DNA from: a bacterium
GTDB lineage: Bacteria > Actinomycetota > Acidimicrobiia > Spongiisociales > JAENVV01
Reading direction: 5' to 3'
Assembly (NCBI GenBank): GCA_024639975.1
Contig: JAHEFX010000002.1
Location: 138-64,137 of the forward strand
DNA length: 64,000 bases
Shown: piece after piece, positions 49,813-61,885 of the stretch
How the letters are laid out: every line of letters starts with the position of its first letter
How positions within the stretch are numbered: position 1 is the first letter of the stretch
Translations under genes and position numbers: made by a program
The notes under the pieces: generated by a model
The model's input: only the letters and a program-made list of their open reading frames with translations
Told to the model about the DNA's origin: nothing
Database searches by the model: none

Positions 49813-51044
49813 TGGGGACTCGAGAACTCCTCGCCAACGCCGACTTCCGCCGGCTCTGGATGGCTCAACTGGTCTCCTTCTTCGGCGACTCGCTGACCAC
49901 GATGGGCCTGCTGTTCCTGGTGCAGCGGACCTACGGCGACGCCGGCTCGGTGGCGGGGATCCTGATCGCCAACACGCTGCCCTTCCTCCTCGTGGGGCTG
50001 GTGGCCGGCGTCTGGGTCGATCGGTGGAACCGCAAGGTGGTCATGGTCTGGACCGACCTGGTCCGGGCAGGTCTGGTCCTGCTGGTACCGGTGATCGGCG
50101 CCGATCACCTCTGGCTCCTCTACGCACTCATCTTCGTGCACGCCTCGGTGGGGACGTTCTTCGCCCCGGCCCGCATGGCACTCTTCCCCCGCGTCGTTCC
50201 GCCCGAGGGATTGGCCCAGGCCAACGGGTTGGGGGAGTCGACGCGACCCATCGCCATGGTCGCCGGGACGGCGACGGCCGGACTACTCGTCGGTCTCTTC
50301 GACGGCTTCGCGGCCGTCTTCTTCATCGACGCGCTCACGTTCGTCGCCTCCGCGATGCTCGTGCTCCGGGTTGCCACCTCCGGTGCCCCGGACAACGAGC
50401 CGACAGCCGGCGGCGCGAGAGCCGTACTCGGTGAGCTCCTCGCCGGGTTCGCTGCCATCCGGTCCTCCCGTCTCCTCGTGGGGATCGTGTTGGGTGGGGC
50501 TGTGGCGATGTTCGGCCTCGGGGCCGTCAACGCCGTGATGGTCCCGTTCGTGGTCGGCGAGCTCGGTCTCGCCGAGACCTGGTTCGGTGTCATCGAGGCT
50601 GCCCAGACGATCGGGATGGTGGCGGCGGGGATGTCCGTCGGTTGGCTCGCCGGACGATTCGGGCTTCCCCGGATGGTGATCGGCGGCATAGGCGCGACCG
50701 GTGTCCTGGTGGCGTCCCTCTCGCTCGTCGACGGGCTCGCGGGCATGGCGGTGGTCCTCTTCGCCATGGGCCTCACCATGGCCCCGCTGATGGCGGCGGT
50801 GTCCACGCTGCTGCAGACCGAGACGCCGCCTGAGAAGCTCGGGCGCGTCGCCTCGTCGCTCAACGCAGTCGTGACAGGGGCGAGTGTCGGCTCGATGGCG
50901 ATCGCCGCTTCGCTCGCGGCCGTCATCGGCATTCGCGGCGTGTTCCTGGCAGCAGGAGCGTTGGCGATCGTCGCGGCCCTCATGACGGCTGTTCTCTTCG
51001 CCGGAGCGCCCGTGGCCGAACCGGAGGCTGCCGAGGTCCCTTGA
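49812..51044 (+). CDS. MFS transporter
   Basis: It has a 12-TM profile and 'FRRLWMAQLVSFFGDSL' (DUF894/EntS-like). The ATG overlaps the regulator's stop (TGATG); the ORF track starts at TTG 49809. Confidence 0.85.
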   Translation: MGTRELLANADFRRLWMAQLVSFFGDSLTTMGLLFLVQRTYGDAGSVAGILIANTLPFLLVGLVAGVWVDRWNRKVVMVWTDLVRAGLVLLVPVIGADHLWLLYALIFVHASVGTFFAPARMALFPRVVPPEGLAQANGLGESTRPIAMVAGTATAGLLVGLFDGFAAVFFIDALTFVASAMLVLRVATSGAPDNEPTAGGARAVLGELLAGFAAIRSSRLLVGIVLGGAVAMFGLGAVNAVMVPFVVGELGLAETWFGVIEAAQTIGMVAAGMSVGWLAGRFGLPRMVIGGIGATGVLVASLSLVDGLAGMAVVLFAMGLTMAPLMAAVSTLLQTETPPEKLGRVASSLNAVVTGASVGSMAIAASLAAVIGIRGVFLAAGALAIVAALMTAVLFAGAPVAEPEAAEVP

Positions 51045-51052
51045 CCGGACTT

Positions 51053-51068
51053 TGTGAAACTCTTCACA
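51053..51068. promoter_or_regulatory. CRP/FNR-type site TGTGA-aactct-TCACA
   Basis: It is a perfect match to TGTGA-N6-TCACA. Confidence 0.6.
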
Positions 51069-51090
51069 GACCGAGCAAGAATGTGTATTA

Positions 51091-51106
51091 TGTGAATGCG
51101 TTCACA
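51091..51106. promoter_or_regulatory. CRP/FNR-type site TGTGA-atgcgt-TCACA
   Basis: This is a second perfect match, 38 bp centre-to-centre from the first and about 46 nt upstream of ATG 51145. Confidence 0.6.
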
Positions 51107-51144
51107 AAAGATGTGAGCGCTACACATCAAGGGAAGGACATCTG

Positions 51145-51870
51145 ATGGCCAAGCGCCTTCAAACCCTGGGAGTCATTCTGGCCCTCTTCGGGCTCGGCTT
51201 CTTCGCAGCCTCGGGCTACACGTTCCTGCAGACCTCTGCGGGCGCCGACTCGCTCCAGGCGTTCAGCGAAGCCCAGAACGTAACGCTCTCCTACAACGAG
51301 GACGGCCAACTGATCGACCGTGGCACCACGGAGGGTGCAGCGGCAATCACCGCACTGCTCGAGGACAAGTGGGGCTACCCCGTCAAGGCCTCTGAGCTGG
51401 ACCCGAACGACCCGTTGGTCAACACCGGCTCCGAGTACATGTACCAGATGGCAACGATCGGTTTCCACGTGCTCCATGGCACGCAGACCATCGTCCTCGA
51501 CGAGCCCGTCGAGTACGACGGTGAGACCTTCGAAGCCGGCACCTACGAGGTGGTCGTCAACGAGATCGGTAGCGCCGATCGCGTGGACGCCGGTCTCGGC
51601 GGCTACTGGACCGACTTCGACCGCTCCCATCCGCTCGAGGGCCCGGCACGCGCCGGTGCCTGGAGCGGCACGGCACACGGCCTGTTCGGAGAGCTCGGCG
51701 TCGGCGCCGTCACGGCCAACATGCTGACCGTCGGCTACGGCATCGCCGGCATCCTGGCCGGCCTCGGTGCGTTCGCACTGATCGCCGGTCTCGGACTCAT
51801 GTGGGCCGTCAAGGGTGACGAGGACGTCGTCGTCACGAGGCCGACCCGCGAACCTGTCTCAGTCGGCTAG
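51145..51870 (+). CDS. Hypothetical bitopic membrane protein (TM at both ends, ~170-aa external domain)
   Basis: The 241-aa ORF has an AAGGGAAGGA SD. I recognise no family. Confidence 0.6.
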   Translation: MAKRLQTLGVILALFGLGFFAASGYTFLQTSAGADSLQAFSEAQNVTLSYNEDGQLIDRGTTEGAAAITALLEDKWGYPVKASELDPNDPLVNTGSEYMYQMATIGFHVLHGTQTIVLDEPVEYDGETFEAGTYEVVVNEIGSADRVDAGLGGYWTDFDRSHPLEGPARAGAWSGTAHGLFGELGVGAVTANMLTVGYGIAGILAGLGAFALIAGLGLMWAVKGDEDVVVTRPTREPVSVG

Positions 51871-51952
51871 TCCTCACTGGCCGCGAGAACCACTCGGCCC
51901 GGCGCCACGAGCGCCGGGCCGAGTCGCGTCCGGGTCTCGTAGCCTGCGGCCG

Positions 51953-52237
51953 ATGTTCCGGTTCACCGCAGACGCCTGGGAGTGGGGCGGCGAGGCCACC
52001 TGGGTGTTCCTCACGCTGCCGCACGACATCGCCGACGAGATCGAGGCCCGTGCGACGGCCAAGGGCTTCGGATCCGTCCCGGTCGACGTCGAGGTCGGCT
52101 CGTCGACCTGGCAGACGTCGCTCTTTCCCGACAAGCAGCGAGCGTCCTACGTCCTGCCGTTGAAAGCGGCGATCCGCAAGGCCGAATCGATCGAGACCGG
52201 CGACAGCGTCGAGGTCGGACTCCGACTGCGCTCCTGA
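51953..52237 (+). CDS. DUF1905 domain protein
   Basis: 'W.FLTLP.....EI......GFGSVPV.V.VG...W.TSLFP......Y.LP.K..IRK' is present. ATG 51953 lies 7 nt after TAGCCT. Confidence 0.7.
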   Translation: MFRFTADAWEWGGEATWVFLTLPHDIADEIEARATAKGFGSVPVDVEVGSSTWQTSLFPDKQRASYVLPLKAAIRKAESIETGDSVEVGLRLRS

Positions 52238-52306
52238 CCTTCCCCGGCCAACGGAAGCGGTTGGGTTCCCCTTCTCGGTACTCGCAGATCCCATAGCCTG
52301 CGGGCC

Positions 52307-53470
52307 ATGTCCCACGTCATCCGCCCTGCCACCGCATCAGACCTCGATGCGATCGGCGAGGTGATCGCCGAGCAGCTCGAGCCCGAGGACGTCCCCGAGG
52401 CCGCCTACACCCTCGAGGGCCCGCTGGCACGCCCGGGGGACTGGCTGGTCGCCGAGGTGGACGGCGAGGTGGCTGCGTTCTGTCTTGGCTGCCCCTGCAG
52501 TGCCCGGGTCGGCTCCGTGACCATGCCTGCTCTGAACATCGAGTTCGTGGCCACGAAGAAGGGCTTCGAGGGCCGCGGTCTGCAGCGAGCCCTCTTCGCC
52601 GCCCTTTCCGAGGTGTTCCCCGATGCCCTTCTCCACATGATCACCGGGATCGCCTACTTCTACCGACGCCTCGGGTACGAGTACGCCATCCCCGTTCCCG
52701 ACCGGTGGTCGTTGCCCACGTTCGGTGTCCCAGACGGTTGGTCGGTCAGGACGGCCGACGCCGGTGACATCGCCCAACTCATGGCCCTCCAGGCCCGGGT
52801 GCAGGACCGGGCCGACGTGGCCTTCACCCACACCGCCGACCAGTGGGCATGGCTCCTTCCGTCCCCCAACTACCGAACGGTCATCGCCGAAGGCCCCGAC
52901 GGCCCGGCCATGGCGAGGGCCTACACGGCCGACGCCGATCGGGCCTGGGTCTTCGAGGTGAGTGCTCCGTCACCCGATGGCGCCAGGGCGGCGGTGGCCG
53001 GGGCGGCGGAAGGCTTCGAGCGGGTCGATGTCTATGAGCGCCCTGCCGACCGTGACGACATCGTGGGGACGCTCGGTGGCGATCGACACAAGAGCAGCTA
53101 CGCCTACTACCTCAAGGTCCTCGACATCGCGGCCGTCCTCTCCGAGCTGGGGCCCGAGCTCACCCGACGGCTCGCCGCCTCTGGTATCGAGGCCCCCGAG
53201 TCACTGAAGCTCGACTTCTACACCTCGGCCTTCGAGATCCCGATCTCCGATGGGGAGTTCGGCGATCCGCAGGTGATCGACCACGCCACCTACGCCGCCG
53301 ACCGGATCGCCGTGCCCCCCGACCTCGTGGCGCACCTGCTGCTCGGGCCCCTTGGTGCCGAGGTGCTCGACGAGCGGCATCCCGACATACGGACCCGGGA
53401 ACGAGGCTCGCTGTTCCGAGCGCTGTTTCCGCCTCTCGTCGGCGATCTCCACAGCTGGATCGTTCCGTAG
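52307..53470 (+). CDS. GNAT family N-acetyltransferase (Eis-like three-domain architecture)
   Basis: 'IRPATASDLDAI' and 'VATKKGFEGRGLQRALF' (acetyl-CoA loop) are present. The ~387-aa length includes a C-terminal SCP2-like region. Confidence 0.7.
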   Translation: MSHVIRPATASDLDAIGEVIAEQLEPEDVPEAAYTLEGPLARPGDWLVAEVDGEVAAFCLGCPCSARVGSVTMPALNIEFVATKKGFEGRGLQRALFAALSEVFPDALLHMITGIAYFYRRLGYEYAIPVPDRWSLPTFGVPDGWSVRTADAGDIAQLMALQARVQDRADVAFTHTADQWAWLLPSPNYRTVIAEGPDGPAMARAYTADADRAWVFEVSAPSPDGARAAVAGAAEGFERVDVYERPADRDDIVGTLGGDRHKSSYAYYLKVLDIAAVLSELGPELTRRLAASGIEAPESLKLDFYTSAFEIPISDGEFGDPQVIDHATYAADRIAVPPDLVAHLLLGPLGAEVLDERHPDIRTRERGSLFRALFPPLVGDLHSWIVP

Positions 53471-53480
53471 GCTCCGGGCC

Positions 53481-54776
53481 GTGGTTCGGCCCGACGACTT
53501 CTCCTTCGACACCCTCAGCCTGCACGCCGGGCAGAGACCCGACTCCGACTTCGGAGCGAGGGCGGTTCCGATCTACCAGACGACGTCCTACCTCTTCGAC
53601 GACACGGACCACGCCGCGGCGCTCTTCAACCTCGAGCGCCCCGGTCACCTCTACAGCCGCATCTCGAACCCGACCGTCGCCGTCCTCGAGGAGCGGATGG
53701 CGGCCTTGGAAGGAGGCGTCGGCGGTGTCGCCACAGCATCGGGCATGGCGGCGCTCCACCTGGCAATCGCCACCCTCGGCTCGGCCGGGTCCCATGTGGT
53801 CGCGTCCCGCGCCGCATACGGCGGCACGGTCAACCTCCTCACCCACACGATGCGGCGATTCGGGATCGAGACGACCTGGGTGGACCCGCGGGACCTCGAC
53901 GCCTGGGCGGCTGCCATCCGCCCCGAAACCGTGGTCGCCCTCACCGAGACCATCGGCAACCCGCTCGGTCAGGTGACCGACCTGCCGGCGCTCGCCGAGG
54001 TCGCCCACGCGGCAGGCATCCCGGTCATGGTCGACAACACCTTCGCGACGCCCTACCTGTTCCGTCCGCTGGAGCACGGTGCAGACATCGTCCACCACTC
54101 CGTCACGAAGTTCGTGGGCGGCCATGGTCTGGCAGTGGGTGGGATGCTCGTCGACGGGGGGACCTTCGACTGGGAAGCCCACGCCGAGCGCTTCCCGACC
54201 CTGACCGAGCCCTATGCCGGCTACCACGGGCTCGACTTCGTCGAGGAGTACGGGGTCGCCGCGCTCGGCGCCAGGGCCAGGGCGGAGGGCCTCCGCGACT
54301 TCGGGGCGGCGCTGTCGCCCCAGAACGCGTTCTACATCCTCCAGGGCCTCGAGACGCTCCCGGTGCGGATGGCCCGCCACGTGGAGAACGCCCGGGCCAT
54401 CGCCGCATACCTCGACGGGCACGAGGCCGTGGAATGGTTGTCCTATCCCGGGCACCCCGGCCATCCCGACCACGAGCTGGCGACACGGCTGCTGCCGAAG
54501 GGCGCCGGGGCGATCATGTCGTTCGGGATCCGCGGTGGCCGAGCGGCCGGGCGGGACTTCATCGAGGAGCTCCGACTCTGGTCCCACCTCGCCAATGTGG
54601 GGGACGCCAAGTCGCTCGTGCTCCACCCGGCCAGCACCACCCACCAACAGATGTCGGCCGAGGAGCTGGACGCCGCCGGCGTCGGCGAGGACCTCGTGCG
54701 GTTGTCGGTCGGCCTCGAGGACACCGACGACCTCATCACGGACCTGGGCAAGGCGCTTCGGGCCTCCCAGCGCTGA
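53481..54776 (+). CDS. metY: O-acetylhomoserine/O-acetylserine sulfhydrylase (PLP-dependent), paralog 2
   Basis: '[10 protein letters not shown]', 'YSRISNPT', '[11 protein letters not shown]' (PLP Lys) and '[19 protein letters not shown]' are present. GTG 53481 lies 7 nt after TAGGCT. Confidence 0.88.
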   Translation: MVRPDDFSFDTLSLHAGQRPDSDFGARAVPIYQTTSYLFDDTDHAAALFNLERPGHLYSRISNPTVAVLEERMAALEGGVGGVATASGMAALHLAIATLGSAGSHVVASRAAYGGTVNLLTHTMRRFGIETTWVDPRDLDAWAAAIRPETVVALTETIGNPLGQVTDLPALAEVAHAAGIPVMVDNTFATPYLFRPLEHGADIVHHSVTKFVGGHGLAVGGMLVDGGTFDWEAHAERFPTLTEPYAGYHGLDFVEEYGVAALGARARAEGLRDFGAALSPQNAFYILQGLETLPVRMARHVENARAIAAYLDGHEAVEWLSYPGHPGHPDHELATRLLPKGAGAIMSFGIRGGRAAGRDFIEELRLWSHLANVGDAKSLVLHPASTTHQQMSAEELDAAGVGEDLVRLSVGLEDTDDLITDLGKALRASQR

Positions 54777-55579
54777 TGGACGTCGAGCTCGCCGACGGGC
54801 GTTCTCTCTACGCGAACACCGGAGGGACCGGATTCGACCGCTCCAAGCCGGTGGTGGTGCTCGTGCACGGAGCCGGCGCCGAACACACGCTCTGGCGGGG
54901 ACAGACCCGCTACCTCTCCCACCACGGGTTCTCCCCACTCGCGATCGACCTCCCCGGACACGGTCGTTCGACAGGTGGGGCCGTCGAGTCGATCGAGGAG
55001 ATGTCCGAAACGGTCCTGGCCCTTCTCGAGGGCCTCGGCGTCGAGGCAGCGGCACTGGTCGGGCACTCCATGGGGTCGCTCGTTGCGCTCGACCTGGCCG
55101 GACGCCACCCCGACCGGGCCTCCGGTCTCGTTCTCGTGGCGACCAGCCCGGTCATGGCAGTCCACCCCGACCTGCTCGATTCAGCCCGGGCCGAGGACGA
55201 CCACTCGCTGGAGCTCGCCCGGGCCTGGATGCACGGTCGGCACGCAGGTGGTGACCCGGAGCCGGGTACGTGGCGCGCCGGATTCGACTGGCACCAGACC
55301 GCGGGCGTCGGCCTCGACGTCTACGCCAAGGACCTGGCTGCCTGCCGAGCCTTCGAGGTCGCCGGTGCCCGGGCGGATGCCGTCACCTGTCCCTCGCTCG
55401 TGGTGTCGGGGTCGGCGGACCGCATGACCGACCAGGCCGGTGGCGCCGTCCTTGCCCACATGCTCGGAGCGAAGCACGTCGTCCTAGACGCGGGCCACGT
55501 CATCCCGGGCGAGGCGCCCTGGGAGCTGACGAAGCTCCTGGTCGACTTCCTCTCGTTCAAGACTGCGGTCCCGGACTGA
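54776..55579 (+). CDS. Alpha/beta hydrolase
   Basis: 'VVLVHGAG', 'DLPGHGRS' and 'GHSMGS' are present. The ATG overlaps the metY-2 stop (TGATG). Confidence 0.85.
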   Translation: MDVELADGRSLYANTGGTGFDRSKPVVVLVHGAGAEHTLWRGQTRYLSHHGFSPLAIDLPGHGRSTGGAVESIEEMSETVLALLEGLGVEAAALVGHSMGSLVALDLAGRHPDRASGLVLVATSPVMAVHPDLLDSARAEDDHSLELARAWMHGRHAGGDPEPGTWRAGFDWHQTAGVGLDVYAKDLAACRAFEVAGARADAVTCPSLVVSGSADRMTDQAGGAVLAHMLGAKHVVLDAGHVIPGEAPWELTKLLVDFLSFKTAVPD

Positions 55580-55626
55580 ACGACGGGCCGTTCGGGTCTC
55601 TTCCCGGTGGCATTACCTTCGCCCCC

Positions 55627-56544
55627 ATGGAATACGGAGTGCAGGTGGTCGGCGACTACGACCACATCGTCAGCATCGCCAGGATCTGCGAGGAGGCGGG
55701 CGTCGCCGCCGTCGCCCTCGCCGACCACTACCTCTACGGGAACAACCCCGATGAGTGGGCCTCGCCGGCCTACGACTCCCTCGTGCAGGCGGCCGCACTC
55801 GCCCGGGACACGGAGTCGGTCGAGATCGTCATGCTGGTCAGCCCCATCACGTTCCGTCACCCGGCGGTCTACGCCAAGACGATCACCACGATCGACGAGA
55901 TCGCCGGCGGCCGCTTCGTGTTCGGTCTGGGCACCGGCTGGCACGACGGTGAGCACGAGGTGTTCGGCTTCGACTACCCCGACATGGGCACCCGCTTCGA
56001 GTGGCTCGAGGACGCCCTCGGTTACCTCCGGGTCTTCCTCGACGACCCGACCCGGGGCTACGACGGCAAGCACTGGTCGCTGGGGGCCCAGGACATCCAG
56101 CCGCGCGCCCGCGATGACCTCAGGCTGATGGTCGGCGGGGGAGGGGCCAAGAAGACCCCCTCGCTCGTCGGCCGCTACGCCGACGAGTTCAATCTGTACC
56201 ACCACACGGACGAGGGCGTCGCGTCGCGCATGGAGGTCATGCGACGGTCCGCCGCAGAGGCCGGCCGGGACCCCGACACGATCCTCATCTCCACCTGCAT
56301 GCCCACCATCGGCGGTGCCGACGGCGCAGAGATCGACGAGTTCCTCGGCGAGTGGGGGTCCCGATCCGGCCGCACACCTGCCGAGATGCGGGAGCGCTTC
56401 GAGGGTCGGATCCCGATCAGGACCTGGGACGAGCACGCCGAGCAGATCGCCGAGTTCGAGCGCCTCGGGATCACCCGCACCTACCTGCAGGTCGTCGGCA
56501 GCGTCGACTGGGCCGCCAAGAACGCCCTGGACGCCCTCGCCTGA
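55627..56544 (+). CDS. LLM-class (luciferase-like) flavin/F420-dependent oxidoreductase
   Basis: 'GRFVFGLGTGW...E...FG' is present, with a TIM-barrel LLM pattern. ATG 55627 lies 7 nt after TACCTT. Confidence 0.82.
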   Translation: MEYGVQVVGDYDHIVSIARICEEAGVAAVALADHYLYGNNPDEWASPAYDSLVQAAALARDTESVEIVMLVSPITFRHPAVYAKTITTIDEIAGGRFVFGLGTGWHDGEHEVFGFDYPDMGTRFEWLEDALGYLRVFLDDPTRGYDGKHWSLGAQDIQPRARDDLRLMVGGGGAKKTPSLVGRYADEFNLYHHTDEGVASRMEVMRRSAAEAGRDPDTILISTCMPTIGGADGAEIDEFLGEWGSRSGRTPAEMRERFEGRIPIRTWDEHAEQIAEFERLGITRTYLQVVGSVDWAAKNALDALA

Positions 56545-56634
56545 GCCGTACCCGGGCCTCGGTGGTGCGGATTCGAGCCACTCGGCCCGCAGAAAGGTCC
56601 TGCACCCGGCCATCGGGCGATCTACGGTCGGGGC

Positions 56635-57573
56635 ATGCAACTCGTTCCCTGGTCCGACCTCGCCCTGGTCGACATCCACGCCGTCGTCCGTGCCATCCAG
56701 ATCTCGGATGGACACCCGTTCCCAGCCTCGTTGAGCGAGCTCGAAGAGGAGCAGGAGGAACCGCACTTCGATCCCTCCAAGGACGCAGTTGCAGCGGTCG
56801 ATGGCGGAGGGATCGTCGGCTGGGCGAAGCTCTTCCACGAGCCTTCGGGAGAGCGCCAGGAGCGGGTGCTGGCGTCGGGCGGCACCGTGCCCGACCGGCG
56901 CGGCGAGGGGATCGGGTCACAGCTCGTCGAGTGGCAGGTCGGGCGTGCGCGCCAACTCGTGGCGGGATACGACCACGGCCTGGCTGCCTACCTGAGGACG
57001 TTCGAATACACCTCGCAGCCCGGATCGGCGCAGCTGTTCGAGGACCACGGGATGCGCCCGGTCCGGTGGTACCGGGAGTTGATCCGTGGCCTGTCGCCGG
57101 TCGTGGCCGACACCTCGGCCGAGATCGTCCCGTGGGATCCCGCCCGGGCGGAGGAAGCCCGCATGGCCCACAACGAGGCGTTCGCCGACCACTGGGGGTC
57201 GACCGTCGTGGATGCGACGGCGTGGGCCGCCTGGAACTCGATGCCCTCGACGAGGCATGACCTGTCGTGGATGGCGCTCGATGGGGGCGCGCTGGTCGGC
57301 TACACCCTCAACAGCTTCTATCCCGACGACGGGGCCACCACCGGAAGGCGTGACGGCTGGATCGGTTCACTCGGCGTCATGGCGTCCCATCGCAAGCAGG
57401 GCATCGCCTCGGCACTGATCGCCCGTTCGATCGACGCCTTTCGGGATTCCGGCATGACGCATGCCTTCCTTGGTGTCGACTCGGCGAACCAGACGGGCGC
57501 CCACGGTCTCTACGAGCGCCTGGGTTTCGAGCCGATCCACCAACTCGTCACGCACGAGATCCGGGTGGGGTAG
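56635..57573 (+). CDS. Two-domain GNAT acetyltransferase (MshD-like architecture)
   Basis: It has two acetyltransferase cores ('RRGEGIGSQLV', 'HRKQGIASALI...LGVDS.N..GA..LYERLGF'). Confidence 0.72.
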   Translation: MQLVPWSDLALVDIHAVVRAIQISDGHPFPASLSELEEEQEEPHFDPSKDAVAAVDGGGIVGWAKLFHEPSGERQERVLASGGTVPDRRGEGIGSQLVEWQVGRARQLVAGYDHGLAAYLRTFEYTSQPGSAQLFEDHGMRPVRWYRELIRGLSPVVADTSAEIVPWDPARAEEARMAHNEAFADHWGSTVVDATAWAAWNSMPSTRHDLSWMALDGGALVGYTLNSFYPDDGATTGRRDGWIGSLGVMASHRKQGIASALIARSIDAFRDSGMTHAFLGVDSANQTGAHGLYERLGFEPIHQLVTHEIRVG

Positions 57574-57744
57574 CCCGTTTCAACCGCGGCCGGCGTCCTC
57601 GCAGTCGCCGGACGAACCGGGGGATCCGGGTCCCGGTCCGAGCGGGCCCCCAGGTGCTCGACCAGATGGCTCGGAATGTCCGGTCTTGGGCCGGTCCCTT
57701 GACGGCGACCCCGGCGGGATGACACACTCCCGCCCACTGACATA

Positions 57745-57836
57745 GCGCTCATCTCGAGTGGTGGAGGGACAGGCCCTTCGAAGCCACGGCAACCGACCGC
57801 AAGGAACCGGTGCCAATGCCTGAACGATGAGATCGC
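57745..57836 (+). promoter_or_regulatory. SAM-I-type (S-box) riboswitch aptamer, apparently without an internal P4 hairpin
   Basis: The RNA reads CUCAUC-UCGAGUGGUGGAGGGACAGGCCCUUCGAAGCCACGGCAACC-..-GGUGCCAAUGCCUGAAC-GAUGAG. P1, the k-turn-type P2, GGCAACC and GGUGCCAAU are all present. Confidence 0.85.
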
Positions 57837-57980
57837 CGTCGGCGGGTCCGCCCGCTCGCGGTGCTCGGACGAGCGCACGAGACACTGGAGCCGACCATGA
57901 CCGCCATCGTCAACGCACACCCACACCCCGATCCCTGCAAGGGCATGCCCGGCTCCCGGGCGGCCCGATGTCTGCACTGA

Positions 57981-60613
<2,633 letters not shown>

Positions 60614-60705
60614 CCGGAGAGGAATTCGTCCGTACTTGGGTGAATTGCGCCCGGTTTTACCCCCCGTTCACGTTGTAGCGATTCTGATGTACCAGTATCT
60701 GGGGT

Positions 60706-60912
60706 ATGGCAGATACGCAGTATGTGGGACGGACTCCCCGCGGCGGGCGGAAGACTCGCCAGTACGGAGATGGACGTACCTGCACGGTGCCGGGATGCGA
60801 CGTCAAACTCTCCCGGTACAACAAGCACGAGGTGTGCTCGACCCACCTCCCCGCGTTCTCCCGGACGAGGGGTCGCCTCTCGTTCGAAGACGTGGCCATC
60901 GATCCTCGCTGA
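60706..60912 (+). CDS. Small (68 aa) basic Cys3-His zinc-ribbon-like protein
   Basis: 'CTVPGC-X12-C-X2-H' is present. The ORF is preceded by an AT-richer region and followed by a perfect 20-nt palindromic hairpin. Confidence 0.55.
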   Translation: MADTQYVGRTPRGGRKTRQYGDGRTCTVPGCDVKLSRYNKHEVCSTHLPAFSRTRGRLSFEDVAIDPR

Positions 60913-60943
60913 GCCCTCCAACCGCTCACCGATGCCGGGTCGA

Positions 60944-60963
60944 CGGCGGTCCCGGGACCGCCG
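60944..60963 (+). terminator. Perfect palindrome CGGCGGTCCC|GGGACCGCCG (hairpin)
   Basis: It lies 31 nt after the stop of the small zinc-ribbon ORF. Confidence 0.55.
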
Positions 60964-61003
60964 CCTGTCTGTCACGCGCCGACCATCTGGTTGACTTCAC
61001 CGG

Positions 61004-61885
61004 GTGATCCAACTCCCGAGTGCCCTCGCCGGGTCGCTCCCCCGGTTCGGAGCGAAGGGCGATGACTGGCGCCTTCGTCTTCCGGCGATGGTCGAGGCGG
61101 CCGCCACGCGCTGGGACCTCGAGATCGGTCCACCGTTCGAGCCCGGTGGTGTCACCTCGTGGGTCGCGCCCGCCTCCACGGTCTCAGGGGTGGATGTCGT
61201 CCTCAAGATCGTCGTCCCGCACGAGGAGGCTGCCGCCGAGGCCGCGGGTCTCACGGCTTGGGACGGCACGGGGGCGGTCCGTCTCCTCGGCCACGACGCC
61301 GACTCCTGGACGCTGCTCCTCGAACGGCTCGGTCCGGGGGACCTGGAGGCCGCCGGGCCGACGGTGTGGCTCCCGGCGATGTTGGACCTTCTGGCCGACC
61401 TGTGGTCCGCGCCCGTGCCCGACGGGGTGCCGTCGGTCGCCGATGTCGTCGCCCCTTGGCCGGGGTTGATGCGCTCCCGCTCGAAGGCCGCACACTGGGA
61501 CGCCGCGGTGGTCGACCTGGCCATCGAGATCCTCGACGGCTGGCCCGGTGGGGTCACCGACCCGGTCCTGATGCACGGCGACCTCCACCCCGAGAACGTG
61601 ATGGCCCGCGACGGCGAGTGGGTGAGCATCGACCCGAAGCCGATGGTCGGTGACCGTGCCTTTGACCTCCGGCAGGTAATCCGGGCCGTCGTCGACCCGA
61701 ACGACCCCCGGCCGGCCGGCCCGCTGGCCGACATCGTTGCCGCCACCGGTGTGGACCGGGATCGCGCACTCGGCTGGACGTTGGCGGTCCAGGTCGAGAG
61801 TGCCATCTGGGCGTTGCCGCACGACCCGGCGGAGGCAGAAGAGGACTACCGGCTGGCGGCGGCCTGCGCCGACCTGCTCGGCTAG
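61004..61885 (+). CDS. Aminoglycoside/hydroxyurea-resistance-kinase family phosphotransferase (APH(6)-like)
   Basis: 'LMHGDLHPENVM......W.SIDPKPMVGDRAFDL' is present. The start is GTG. Confidence 0.75.
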   Translation: MIQLPSALAGSLPRFGAKGDDWRLRLPAMVEAAATRWDLEIGPPFEPGGVTSWVAPASTVSGVDVVLKIVVPHEEAAAEAAGLTAWDGTGAVRLLGHDADSWTLLLERLGPGDLEAAGPTVWLPAMLDLLADLWSAPVPDGVPSVADVVAPWPGLMRSRSKAAHWDAAVVDLAIEILDGWPGGVTDPVLMHGDLHPENVMARDGEWVSIDPKPMVGDRAFDLRQVIRAVVDPNDPRPAGPLADIVAATGVDRDRALGWTLAVQVESAIWALPHDPAEAEEDYRLAAACADLLG

